Made by a program: the position numbers and the translations under genes. Positions 1 to 8,266 of a DNA stretch of 24,000 nucleotides are shown in pieces. The notes under the pieces are model-generated. The model saw nothing but the letters and a program-made list of their open reading frames with translations. It ran no database searches and was not told the DNA's origin. How positions within the stretch are numbered: the first letter of the stretch is position 1; every line of letters starts with the position of its first letter. Where the stretch lies: positions 77,258 to 101,257 of the forward strand of contig JAEOSZ010000111.1 of assembly GCA_016840095.1 (NCBI GenBank). The letters are read 5' to 3'. This DNA is from Candidatus Heimdallarchaeota archaeon. Lineage in GTDB: Archaea; Asgardarchaeota; Heimdallarchaeia; Heimdallarchaeales; Heimdallarchaeaceae.

Positions 1-789
1 AATGTTATCAGAATCTTTGAAATAAAATGCTGGTCCAAGATTATTGGCAATGGTATTTTGAATAATAGAAGTTAATGATATTTCCCATAGATATAACCCA
101 TTTTCTATATTTTTGAAGCACAGATTCTTTTCTATTAGTGAATTCCTACTAAAGAAAACCTCAATCCCTATTTTGTTTGTTTCACAAAAGTTATTAGAAA
201 TTATTACTTCATCACAAAATCTACTTGTAGCACCATTGCCAGAATTCATCGAAAGAATGTTATTGGTTATTTGACTTTCATCTGAGTCTATACAATTTAT
301 CCCATCTGACCCACTTGCTGTTATTGTGTTGTTATCTATTACAGTTCCTGGTGCTCCCCAAATGTCAATTCCATAAATATCGTGTTCTATTATTGTATTA
401 TTGCTGATTTCTGCAGTTCCAAATGCAATCCAAGAAATCCAGATTCCAATTTGTGTAACATTGATAAAACAATTTTTGATAACAAAAAAATTTGTTGTAT
501 CACTGATATTTATACCACATGTTTGAGTGTTTGAAGAGATATTGAGGTTTTCAAGTCTATATGGATCTTGTTCGGTTCCACTTCCCGGAAAAATTGAGAA
601 ACCACTGTCATTGTATATGTGAACTGGGTTACTTTGAATTAAGTAGGAATTAGGATGAATTTGCTCAGTAAAACCATTCACTACAAGAATAGACTTGTCA
701 TGAAAATTCACCATTGGAGAGATAGTATAGCCTACTACAAGCAATAAGGTTAGGAGACAAGAGTATCTAAAGATTTTTTCCAATGACAT
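1..789 (-). CDS. Secreted or membrane-anchored right-handed beta-helix repeat protein (NosD/pectin-lyase-fold-like). Partial: the C-terminus lies beyond the window edge.
   Basis: ATG at 789 on the minus strand. I hand-translated the frame from 789 to about 540 and found no stop. Beyond that I read it only quickly, and it appears open to position 1. This ORF is absent from the supplied track, probably because it runs off the edge. The N-terminus MSLEKIFRYSCLLTLLLVVGYTISP is a hydrophobic signal or anchor. It is followed by GSGTEQDPYRLENLNI and repeated short N/I/G/T/D-rich segments (NISSNT, ISDTTN, IKNCFINV, ISNNTII, IDNNTIT, ITNNIL, ISNNF) typical of parallel beta-helix (PbH1) repeats. Confidence 0.55.
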   Translation of the reverse strand, partial: MSLEKIFRYSCLLTLLLVVGYTISPMVNFHDKSILVVNGFTEQIHPNSYLIQSNPVHIYNDSGFSIFPGSGTEQDPYRLENLNISSNTQTCGINISDTTNFFVIKNCFINVTQIGIWISWIAFGTAEISNNTIIEHDIYGIDIWGAPGTVIDNNTITASGSDGINCIDSDESQITNNILSMNSGNGATSRFCDEVIISNNFCETNKIGIEVFFSRNSLIEKNLCFKNIENGLYLWEISLTSIIQNTIANNLGPAFYFKDSDNI

Positions 790-921
790 TTTTTCTAATA
801 AATATAGTGTAAAAGAAATTTCTTAAATGCTGCTATATTACTTTCTTACATATAATTTTGATTTGATGATACACAAAAAAATTCATAAGATGCCCATTCA
901 AAATATCCAACGGGTATATAA

Positions 922-2094
922 ATGGCATCTGAAATTGAAATCATTGCATATTTTGAGACTCCAAGAGATCCATTGCCTTTAAGCTACATAGCTAAAGGAT
1001 TAGCAGGAGTTGAAACAATTATTGCTGCTATCAATCCAAGGGCAACTGAGGAAGTTATTCGAGGGATATTAAGATCAGCAAAGAAATCCAAGTCTGTAGT
1101 GATATTTGAATTAGCCTTAAGTGAAATGTCACTAAGTGGAGGATATACAGGATATACTCCCCAAAAATTCGCAGACCGATGTAAATCGGCAGCAGAAAAA
1201 GAAAAATGGTTTGCCTATTCTTTACATGCTGATCACCTTACATTGAAGAAAGGTACAGATGAAGAAATGGCATTTTTAATGATGGAAACTAAAGCCAGAA
1301 TTGAAGCAGGTTTTACAGGTTTTGCAATTGATACTTCTTTCCTCTTTAACAAAGAGGAAGTAACTGTAGCTGGACAATTGAGTGAAATTTTATCGAAGGG
1401 GCTCATTTTATTCCAATTTATCAAAGAGTTAATGGGAGAAAAACCTTATGGGCTTGAAGGCGAAGTTGGGGAAATAGGTATAGCTGATTTTACTTCTGTT
1501 GAAGAGGCAGTTCATTATGTTACAACTCTGATAAGAAGTGATATTTTCATTGATTATCTAGCAATAGCAAATGGGTCAACTCATGGAGTTAGTGTTGATG
1601 CTGAAGGAAAAGTCGTTCCACAACTGGGAATCAATGTTCAAAGAACAGTGGAGATTACTGAAGAATTTAAGAAATTGGGAATTGATACAAGAATTGCTCA
1701 ACATGGAATTACTGGTACTCCTGTTGAAGTCATAGCTTCAACTTTCCCTCATGGTAGCATAGCAAAAGGAAATATAGGCACATTCTGGCAAAGACTTGTT
1801 CAAGATGTACTTGCCAAATATGAACCTGAGCTTTATGGCAGAATAAAAAGTTGGGTTCTTGAAAAATATGGAAAACCGGATGTTGATGAACATAAAACCT
1901 TTGCAAAAAACTCTAAATATGCTTGGAAAGAATTCTTCAATGAAGTTGAGAATATTAGTGAAGAAGCTAAACAAGCTATAATCACACAAGCTGAAGCTGA
2001 TATGGATGAATTCATAAAAGCTTTAAAGATGGAAAATACAGCCAGTTATTGCATAAAATATATGGTTGATAACTTCCTCACAAATACATACTAA
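922..2094 (+). CDS. Class II (metal-dependent) fructose/ketose-bisphosphate aldolase family protein
   Basis: 390-aa ORF with an ATG start. The class II aldolase motifs appear in the expected order: LHADH (HxDH zinc/catalytic), FAIDTS, GLEGEVGEIG (E. coli FbaA has EIELG), IANGSTHGV (GNVHG), AQHGITGTP (HGGSG), KGNIGT (KMNIDT). Confidence 0.75.
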   Translation: MASEIEIIAYFETPRDPLPLSYIAKGLAGVETIIAAINPRATEEVIRGILRSAKKSKSVVIFELALSEMSLSGGYTGYTPQKFADRCKSAAEKEKWFAYSLHADHLTLKKGTDEEMAFLMMETKARIEAGFTGFAIDTSFLFNKEEVTVAGQLSEILSKGLILFQFIKELMGEKPYGLEGEVGEIGIADFTSVEEAVHYVTTLIRSDIFIDYLAIANGSTHGVSVDAEGKVVPQLGINVQRTVEITEEFKKLGIDTRIAQHGITGTPVEVIASTFPHGSIAKGNIGTFWQRLVQDVLAKYEPELYGRIKSWVLEKYGKPDVDEHKTFAKNSKYAWKEFFNEVENISEEAKQAIITQAEADMDEFIKALKMENTASYCIKYMVDNFLTNTY

Positions 2095-2104
2095 GGTCAG
2101 AAAA

Positions 2105-3022
2105 ATGTCTATATTGAAATATCACACACTTGAAGCGTACTTAGAAGATATACCAGAAGATGATCTCAGAGAACTAGTAAGAGAAATAATTGATATTAGT
2201 CTAGATGTACCAAAACAGATACTAACTTTTCTAATAGGAGAAAATGATTATTCAGGGATTATCAACATCTCTGGTGATGAACAATTAAGTCTAGATATCG
2301 CAACACAGGAATTATTCATGCAAAGAATTCCAAACAATCTCTATTCTCTATTGCTGGGTGAAGAGACAGATGAAAATAGCATAATGGAAGGAACAGGAAA
2401 CTTAATCGTTTTAGGTGATTTCATTGATGGTTCTTCCATTATTAGAACAAGGAGTCCTGGAGCAATAGTCAATATTATTGATCAAGAAGGTCATACTCAT
2501 GCAGCTTTAACAGTAAGCTTCACTTTGTTCTTGCGTTTTGATCTGGCCACAGAGTTGGGTTTCATTCAATTTATTTATGATGGAGAGAAGTTTCGAGTAA
2601 TTAGAGATGAACTAGATATCAGTCCAAGTAAAAGCCCTGTTTTTGGATTGGGTGGAAAATATAATGATCATTCTGCAAAACAAAAGCTATTCGTGGATGC
2701 TCTGGATATAAAAGGAAAGAACAGATATGGAGGATGTATGGTCCAAGACATGAATAATGTTTTTGAAAAAACTGGTGTCTTCGGATATTTTGCTCCAAAA
2801 CTTAGATTCTGCTATGAGATTATACCTTATCTTTATATCTTATCCAAAGTCAATGGAGATGGATTTTATATTACTGCAGATGGACATGAAATCAAATTCG
2901 AACGAATAAAACCATTAGATGTAAACAAACTTACCTCTATGCACTATCTGCATCAAAGAGCTGGTTTTGTTGGTGGATCTAAGGATTTAATAGAACTTTG
3001 GTTCAAAATAGAAGATCTCTAA
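2105..3022 (+). CDS. Divergent class I fructose-1,6-bisphosphatase-like phosphatase (FBPase/IMPase superfamily)
   Basis: The track ORF starts at a TTG at 2066 and overlaps the upstream gene. The ATG at 2105 (MSILKYHTLEAY) is the more plausible start. Motifs match class I FBPase: INISGDEQLSLDIATQELF (NVTGDQVKKLDVLSNDL), LLLGEETDE (acidic metal site), LGDFIDGSSII (DPLDGSSNI), RYGGCMVQDMNNVF...GVFGY (RYIGSMVADVHRTL..GGIFLY), KLRFCYEIIPYLYILSKVNG (KLRLLYEANPMAFLVEQAGG). Confidence 0.65.
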   Translation: MSILKYHTLEAYLEDIPEDDLRELVREIIDISLDVPKQILTFLIGENDYSGIINISGDEQLSLDIATQELFMQRIPNNLYSLLLGEETDENSIMEGTGNLIVLGDFIDGSSIIRTRSPGAIVNIIDQEGHTHAALTVSFTLFLRFDLATELGFIQFIYDGEKFRVIRDELDISPSKSPVFGLGGKYNDHSAKQKLFVDALDIKGKNRYGGCMVQDMNNVFEKTGVFGYFAPKLRFCYEIIPYLYILSKVNGDGFYITADGHEIKFERIKPLDVNKLTSMHYLHQRAGFVGGSKDLIELWFKIEDL

Positions 3023-3030
3023 AACCCATA

Positions 3031-3055
3031 TTTTCTTTTTATTTTATTATTTTTT
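3031..3055 (+). terminator. T-rich tract, a possible archaeal intrinsic terminator after the aldolase/FBPase-like pair
   Basis: ttttctttttattttattatttttt begins 9 nt after the TAA at 3020-3022. Oligo-T runs act as archaeal RNAP termination signals. No experimental support. Confidence 0.3.
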
Positions 3056-3125
3056 CAAGGTTCTTGAGTAAAACTTTTAATTAGGAAAATATAATATGTA
3101 TTAACGACCCGTATTATTTACTTAA

Positions 3126-4241
3126 ATGTTTAGGTGCGTGCATTTGGTTAAAACTACAATAAGTCTAATTAAAGCTGACATAGGATCAAGTCCTGGTCAT
3201 GTTACTGTTTATGAGCCTTTAATGGCTAGAGCGGAAGAACTAATGGAAACGGCTAAGGATGAAAATATCATTCTAGATTTCGTTGTGTTCAATGCTGGTG
3301 ATGATACTGAACTCCTTCTATCTCACATTAAAGGAGTTGATAATGAAGTTATACATAAGCTTGCTTGGGATACTTTTATGACGCTTGGTAATGAAGCAAG
3401 AGAAATTGGTCTTTATGGAGCGGGGCAAGATCTCTTGAAAGATACATTTTCAGGTAATATAAAGGGTATGGGACCTGGATGTGCTGAATTTGAGTTTGAG
3501 GAACGTCCAGCTGAACCTCTTTTAGTTTTTGCTATGGATAAAACTGAACCTGGTGCATTCAATTATCCTATATTTCAAATGTTTGCTAATCCGTTTAATA
3601 CTGCTGGATTAGTTATTGATCCAAATATGCATGATGGTTTTTCCTTCACTGTTATGGATGTTTATATTAGTAAATTCGTTGAATTAAGTTGTCCCGAACA
3701 AATGTATGACCTACTTGCATTAATTGGTGCGCCAGGAAAATATGTTGTCAAATATGTAGATAGCAAGAATTCAGACATCGGAAGAGCAGCAGCAATATCC
3801 ACAGATAAACTATCTTTAGTAGCAGGAAAGTATATCGGAAAAGATGATCCTGTTGCTGTGGTTAGAAGTCAAAGTGGATTTCCTGCAGTAGGTGAGATAG
3901 TTGAAGCATTTACTTTAGGACATCTAGTATCTGGTTGGATGCGAGGTTCTCATCGTGGTCCTCTCATGCCTGTACCTTTGGATTATAGTCAGTGTGTTAG
4001 ATTTGATGGCCCCCCTAGAGTGGTTGGATTAGGTTTTCAATTGAAAAATGGTATGTTTAAAGGAGGGGTGGATCTCTTTGATGATCCATCATTCGATCCT
4101 ACACGAGCAAGAGCAAATGAAATTGCTGAATACATGCGCCGTCATGGACCATTTGAACCTGGTCGTCTTCCTCTAAGTGAGATGGAATATACTACTTTGC
4201 CTGGAGTATTGAAAAAACTTGAAGATAAATTTCATGATTAG
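3126..4241 (+). CDS. fbp: Bifunctional fructose-1,6-bisphosphate aldolase/phosphatase (archaeal type V FBPase)
   Basis: Near full-length similarity to the remembered Sulfolobus FBPA/P sequence: KTTISLIKADIGS, LYGAGQDLLKDTFSGNIKGMGPG, DKTEPGAFNYPIFQMFANPFNTAGLVIDP, GKYIGKDDPV, GWMRGSHRGPLMPV, RFDGPPRVVGLGFQLKNG, DLFDDPSFD, YMRRHGPFEP, EMEYTTLP. The true start could be the in-frame TTG at 3144, which gives MVKTTIS, the typical family N-terminus. Confidence 0.9.
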   Translation: MFRCVHLVKTTISLIKADIGSSPGHVTVYEPLMARAEELMETAKDENIILDFVVFNAGDDTELLLSHIKGVDNEVIHKLAWDTFMTLGNEAREIGLYGAGQDLLKDTFSGNIKGMGPGCAEFEFEERPAEPLLVFAMDKTEPGAFNYPIFQMFANPFNTAGLVIDPNMHDGFSFTVMDVYISKFVELSCPEQMYDLLALIGAPGKYVVKYVDSKNSDIGRAAAISTDKLSLVAGKYIGKDDPVAVVRSQSGFPAVGEIVEAFTLGHLVSGWMRGSHRGPLMPVPLDYSQCVRFDGPPRVVGLGFQLKNGMFKGGVDLFDDPSFDPTRARANEIAEYMRRHGPFEPGRLPLSEMEYTTLPGVLKKLEDKFHD

Positions 4242-4244
4242 AAA

Positions 4245-4688
4245 TTATTCACCTTTTTCTCTTTTTCTTTTTTCTTCTCTTGTTTTTTCTTCTCTTATCT
4301 CCTTCTCACTCAGAAGCATGTAAATGAAGTATCTAATTGGTTCATGTAGAGGTTGGTATATGTTAGGATCAAAATCAATAACATGAGCACATAAGTCATC
4401 AATAACGAATTCATCGGTATCGAGATCATAAATTAAAGGATAATATCTGCAGCCTTCAGGTCTATTTTCATAAATTGTGCATCTATTTTCCTTCAGGAAA
4501 AAACACTTACTAGCTATATTCCTTAGAACCATGAAACCATCTTGCTCTTCTAGAAATTCATCAATTTGGAACCCTAATTTTTCAATTCTTGTTATGTCTC
4601 TCTCTGCTAATGGCATTTCTGTTTCTAGACAACATTCGTAACATCTATCAGAGAATGGACAATAGAGTTCTAAATCAGGGATTGTCAT
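4245..4688 (-). CDS. YkgJ-family (UPF0153) cysteine-cluster zinc/iron-binding protein with a Glu/Lys-rich C-terminal tail
   Basis: 147 aa with an ATG start. Cys pattern CPFSDRCYECCLE ... CFFLKENRCTIYENRPEGCRYYP is characteristic of the CxxCxxCC YkgJ family. The C-terminus EKEIREEKTREEKRKREKGE is low complexity. Confidence 0.6.
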   Translation of the reverse strand: MTIPDLELYCPFSDRCYECCLETEMPLAERDITRIEKLGFQIDEFLEEQDGFMVLRNIASKCFFLKENRCTIYENRPEGCRYYPLIYDLDTDEFVIDDLCAHVIDFDPNIYQPLHEPIRYFIYMLLSEKEIREEKTREEKRKREKGE

Positions 4689-4692
4689 AGTT

Positions 4693-6078
4693 TTACCTAC
4701 TTGATTGAATTTCTGTAACAGTATCCATAAGTTGTGTTTTGAATTCTACTGATAGTTTTTCTATGGTTTCTTTGTCATCAGCTTCTATTGTCATTCTGAT
4801 TATAGGTGATGTATTTGAGGGTCTAATTAGAACCCATCCTTCTTGTAAATTGATTCTAACACCATCCATAGTATTTACATTTTCATATTTTGATAGAATT
4901 TTTTGCTTAAGTAAATCCACCACGGCAAATTTCAAATCATCGTCGCATTGAATTTCTTCTTTCCTTAATGGATATGATGGAATTTCATCCACTAAAGTTG
5001 ACATTCCTCTTTTTTCTCTATTAAGTATTTCTGCAATCTTAAGAGGAGTTACTATGGCATCATCGAATAAGAAATATTCTGGTAAAATTATGTGCCCACT
5101 GGATTCTACTCCAAGAGGAGAATCTTCCTTTTTGGCCTCTATTGTAAGAAATGTATGACCAACTGGAATTTGTTTAACTTTGTATCCTAAAACCTCAAGT
5201 TGTTCAGCTACTGATTTTGAACATTCCACATTTGCAATAATTGTCCCTTTCTTTTGTGCTAAACCGTATTTTCCGATGATAATTCCTGTCTGATCAGCTG
5301 AAAGAATTCTTCCTAAATTATCTACTATAACTGCTCTATCTCCATCCCCATCAAAAGCCACACCAAAATCACATTCATGTTTTTTAATTGCATTTACTAA
5401 CTCTGTAAGGTTTTTTGGTTTCGGGTCAGATGGTCTTCCTGAAAATGTAGGATCAGTTTCACAATAGACTGTTATTATTTCAAGTCCTAAGGAAGTAAAT
5501 ATCTTCGGAGCTGATAAGGTAGTACTACCTCCACCACAATCGATTGCAACTTTCAGATTATCTGTAAACTTAAATTTTTGCTTAAAGAAATTCTCATATT
5601 CTTCTTCTATATTATAAGATTTTGAATTTCCTATATCTCTCCAGTCAACAACTGTATATTTCTCATCTATAGCGATATCTCTAATAGCCATTAGTTCTTC
5701 TTCAGCAAAACCAACACCATCAAAATGATAGAATTTGATCCCATTCCATTCAGGTGGGAGATGACTTGCAGTAACAAAAGCAGTTGCTGTTTTCTTCAAG
5801 AACCATCCAGCATAAAGAGTTTGACCAAAAGCTGTAGTTCCTACATAAATGACATTAATTCCTGTTGCTGTTACACCTGAAATAAATGCATGAACCAAAG
5901 GAAAACTTGATTGTCGTATTTCATTTCCAACCACTACTTCTTCCCCATTAAGCATTTCTTTCACATATGTACCAAAAGCCAAACCTATTTTATGCATAAT
6001 AGGTGCTGTAATGTCTTTGTTGTAAACTCCACGTATGTCATATGCTCGAAATATATTTGGAGAGATATCGTTATTCAT
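4693..6078 (-). CDS. Phosphohexomutase (phosphoglucosamine mutase / phosphomannomutase / phosphoglucomutase family)
   Basis: 461 aa. Contains FRAYDIRG, the phosphoserine loop TASHLPPEWNGIKF, the metal loop FDGDGDR, the sugar loop GVESSGH, and IRPSNTSP near the C-terminus. The specific sugar substrate cannot be assigned from sequence alone. Confidence 0.85.
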   Translation of the reverse strand: MNNDISPNIFRAYDIRGVYNKDITAPIMHKIGLAFGTYVKEMLNGEEVVVGNEIRQSSFPLVHAFISGVTATGINVIYVGTTAFGQTLYAGWFLKKTATAFVTASHLPPEWNGIKFYHFDGVGFAEEELMAIRDIAIDEKYTVVDWRDIGNSKSYNIEEEYENFFKQKFKFTDNLKVAIDCGGGSTTLSAPKIFTSLGLEIITVYCETDPTFSGRPSDPKPKNLTELVNAIKKHECDFGVAFDGDGDRAVIVDNLGRILSADQTGIIIGKYGLAQKKGTIIANVECSKSVAEQLEVLGYKVKQIPVGHTFLTIEAKKEDSPLGVESSGHIILPEYFLFDDAIVTPLKIAEILNREKRGMSTLVDEIPSYPLRKEEIQCDDDLKFAVVDLLKQKILSKYENVNTMDGVRINLQEGWVLIRPSNTSPIIRMTIEADDKETIEKLSVEFKTQLMDTVTEIQSSR

Positions 6079-6156
6079 TGTTTTAAGAGTAGATAAGAGG
6101 TATAAAAATTTGCTTACACGTAAATCTTTTATTTAAGTAATATAGTCATCGAAGCT

Positions 6157-6894
6157 ATGCACATTGCTATAGTTTATCTTCTAGTTTTTATTAGCTCATA
6201 TGTTATAGGTTCTATTCCATTTAGCTGGATAATTACTAAAATTAAAACTGGAGAAGATTTGAGAAAAATAGGTTCAGGAAACGTAGGAGGAAGAAATGTT
6301 TATCGAGCTACTAAATCTAGAAACTGGGCATTGTTTGCTGGTTTCTTAGATATCTGCAGATCTTTAACAGCTGTAGCATTAACATTTTATCTTTCAAATA
6401 TATTATATTTCAAAAATCACTCGAAGTATAATTTACCTATAACTGGTTTCTTTCCAGATACTGCTCTTGCATTTAGTCTTACTATAGCTGGAGTTGGGGC
6501 AATTCTTGGACATAATTGGTCTCTATATCTTCTTCCTGGTCACGGTGGTAGAGGTATTACTGTAGTTCTTGCTTCAATGTTGTATGCTAATCCAATAATG
6601 ATTGCATTTTGGATTGTATTATGGCCAATTGTGATAACCATAGTTGGTTATTCCTCAATTACTTACATTGTTACTACAGCTTTGGTTGGAGTTATAGCGT
6701 TATTTTTCCCAGTAGTAATGCCTTGGGTTCCTTATAATTTGGCAATTGCACTTATTCTATTTAGCATATCACTCGTTATGATTAGCCGACAAAGGGACAA
6801 CATTAGGAAGATTAGAACCGGTGAAGCTAAGAAAATGAAAATCTGGAAGGCAGTTTTTGGGAAAAAGAAGATGTCAGATGAGATTCTTAAATAA
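6157..6894 (+). CDS. PlsY-family (DUF205 / glycerol-3-phosphate acyltransferase-like) polytopic membrane protein
   Basis: 245 aa with multiple hydrophobic spans. Motifs in PlsY order: GSIPFSWIITKIKTGEDLRKIGSGNVGGRN (bacterial consensus GSIP...D.R..GSGN.GATN), GFLDICRS (D..KG), GAILGHNWSLYLLPGHGGRGI (GH.fP.f..fkGGKG), RQRDNIRKIRTGEAKK (HR.NI.Rl..G.E). Confidence 0.7.
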   Translation: MHIAIVYLLVFISSYVIGSIPFSWIITKIKTGEDLRKIGSGNVGGRNVYRATKSRNWALFAGFLDICRSLTAVALTFYLSNILYFKNHSKYNLPITGFFPDTALAFSLTIAGVGAILGHNWSLYLLPGHGGRGITVVLASMLYANPIMIAFWIVLWPIVITIVGYSSITYIVTTALVGVIALFFPVVMPWVPYNLAIALILFSISLVMISRQRDNIRKIRTGEAKKMKIWKAVFGKKKMSDEILK

Positions 6895-6903
6895 ATCTAC
6901 ATC

Positions 6904-7854
6904 CTATGGTTTGAAAGCAGTAACTGTGATGCTTTGAATAGCATCCCCAAGAGAATCTATATCCTCTTTGATATCTTCATAATCTTCTATTTCAAGTGGT
7001 TGTCCATCAACCACAAGAACCTTTTCTCCTTGTTTGGTATCAATATCTCCATTAAACTCCTTTTCTACAAGAAGCCCTGAAGTCTTCTCGGTTACTTTTA
7101 TACCCACAAATCCTGCTTTTTTAATGAGTTCTAGATATCTATCTTTAAGCTCAGCTCCAGCAACACATCCAGCTAATAAGTCTTCGTTATTCCTTAATGA
7201 ATCAGGAAGTTCCTTGAGAAGTACTATATCGGAAATGGATAATCTTCCTCCTGATTTAAGAACTCTGAAAGATTCATTGAATACTCGTTGTTTCTCTGGA
7301 GATAAATTGATAACACAATTTGAGATGATAACATCAACAGAATTATCCGCAACCGGAAGATTCTCAATCTCACCTAGTCTAAATTCAACATTTGTATAAT
7401 CATACTTACGTGCGTTTTCTCTTGCTAGGTCTATCATATTTGGTGTCATATCTACTCCTATTACTTTTCCCGAAGATCCTACTTTTTTAGATGAAAGAAA
7501 ACAATCCAGACCTCCTCCAGAACCAAGATCTAAGACAACTTCACCTTCTTTCATTTCGGCAATTGCTGTAGGATTACCACAACCTAAACCCATGTTAGAT
7601 TCTTCAGGGATTTCTGCTAATTCTGCTAAAGTGTAGCCAATTGCTTTACTCACATCTTCTACATTAGGGGTACCACAGCAAGAAGATTCTTGAGATTTCT
7701 TATCAGTATCAACTTGAGTTTCAGAGCTATCACCACAACATGATGTTCTCTGAGTTTTCTTAGCTTCAACAACTGAGTCAATATTCCTTTTTGCTACATT
7801 TCCATATCTATCTCTAACTACTTTTCTGACTTTTTCTTTCTCTAATTCTGTCAT
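6904..7854 (-). CDS. arsM: Arsenite S-adenosylmethionine methyltransferase
   Basis: 316 aa. Long collinear match to remembered bacterial ArsM: [13 protein letters not shown] (present twice), [111 protein letters not shown]. The cysteines equivalent to the As(III)-binding set are present (N-terminal CC, SNCV, GCVAG). An SD-like AGGTGAT lies 4 nt upstream of the ATG. Confidence 0.85.
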   Translation of the reverse strand: MTELEKEKVRKVVRDRYGNVAKRNIDSVVEAKKTQRTSCCGDSSETQVDTDKKSQESSCCGTPNVEDVSKAIGYTLAELAEIPEESNMGLGCGNPTAIAEMKEGEVVLDLGSGGGLDCFLSSKKVGSSGKVIGVDMTPNMIDLARENARKYDYTNVEFRLGEIENLPVADNSVDVIISNCVINLSPEKQRVFNESFRVLKSGGRLSISDIVLLKELPDSLRNNEDLLAGCVAGAELKDRYLELIKKAGFVGIKVTEKTSGLLVEKEFNGDIDTKQGEKVLVVDGQPLEIEDYEDIKEDIDSLGDAIQSITVTAFKP

Positions 7855-7863
7855 TTAATCACC

Positions 7864-8154
7864 TTAATCTTCAATTAATTCTTTCATTATTGGTTTGAGT
7901 GATAGTTTGATCATACCATCTATTGGATTTGTTTTCATTAAAGAGATACTTGCTATCTTTCCTCTATCATTCATGCTTATTACTACGAGTTTATCTCCTT
8001 CCTTCAAATCCATTTTCTCTCTTAGGTTTTTGGGCAGAACAATTTGTCCTCTGCTATCGATATTTACAACACCTTCTATATGACAGCAACCTGAACCCTC
8101 ACTACTCGAACTACAACAATCTTCAGTTTGTTTTTTATCACTCATTTTGTTCAT
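7864..8154 (-). CDS. AbrB/MazE/SpoVT (SpoVT-AbrB domain) DNA-binding protein with a Cys-rich N-terminal segment
   Basis: The SpoVT-AbrB signature SRGQIVLPKNLREKMDLKEGDKLVV is preceded by CCSSSSEGSGCC. The track ORF extends to 8220 through an implausible hydrophobic leader (MYFLIFLIFRKIYICLIAS). I chose the ATG at 8154 (MNKMSDKK); the ATG at 8145 is equally possible. The stop lies 9 nt upstream of the arsM ATG. Confidence 0.65.
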   Translation of the reverse strand: MNKMSDKKQTEDCCSSSSEGSGCCHIEGVVNIDSRGQIVLPKNLREKMDLKEGDKLVVISMNDRGKIASISLMKTNPIDGMIKLSLKPIMKELIED

Positions 8155-8266
8155 CTGTGATATAGATGCAATCAGACATATATAAATTTTCCGAAAAATC
8201 AGAAAAATCAGAAAATACACATATTCATAAAAAATGCTTTTAATGTTGTTCAGAAACTAAAAGTCA

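Noticed and set aside
864-931. UGAUGA-like box at about 865 and CUGA at about 928; possible C/D box sRNA in the divergent intergenic region.
   Set aside because: There are no internal C'/D' boxes and no terminal stem. The putative D box lies inside the first codons of the aldolase gene. This is more simply a promoter or 5' region.
2066-2104. TTG-initiated N-terminal extension of the FBPase-like ORF, overlapping the aldolase gene by 29 nt.
   Set aside because: An ATG at 2105 gives an N-terminus (MSILKYHTLEAYL) consistent with the family and avoids the overlap. The extension is kept only as an alternative.
7034-7399. 121-aa plus-strand ORF inside arsM. Similar antisense ORFs occur at 1233-1424, 1738-2015, 4739-4951, 5911-6096, 7895-8165, 11258-11774, 12256-12447, 14153-14356, 16413-16679, 16911-17111, 17761-18111, 21891-22286, 22443-22640, 22787-22987 and 23184-23468.
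   Set aside because: All are fully nested antisense or out of frame within ORFs that have strong family-level motif support or much greater length. Their translations are low-complexity S/L/F/I-rich, as expected for shadow frames in AT-rich coding DNA.
8155-8220. Upstream extension of the AbrB-like ORF (MYFLIFLIFRKIYICLIASISQ), which could be read as a membrane anchor.
   Set aside because: The segment coincides with what should be the promoter region (plus strand reads tatataaatttt). SpoVT-AbrB proteins are small and cytosolic, and good ATG codons occur at 8154 and 8145. The extension is treated as an ORF-caller artefact, though this is not proven.
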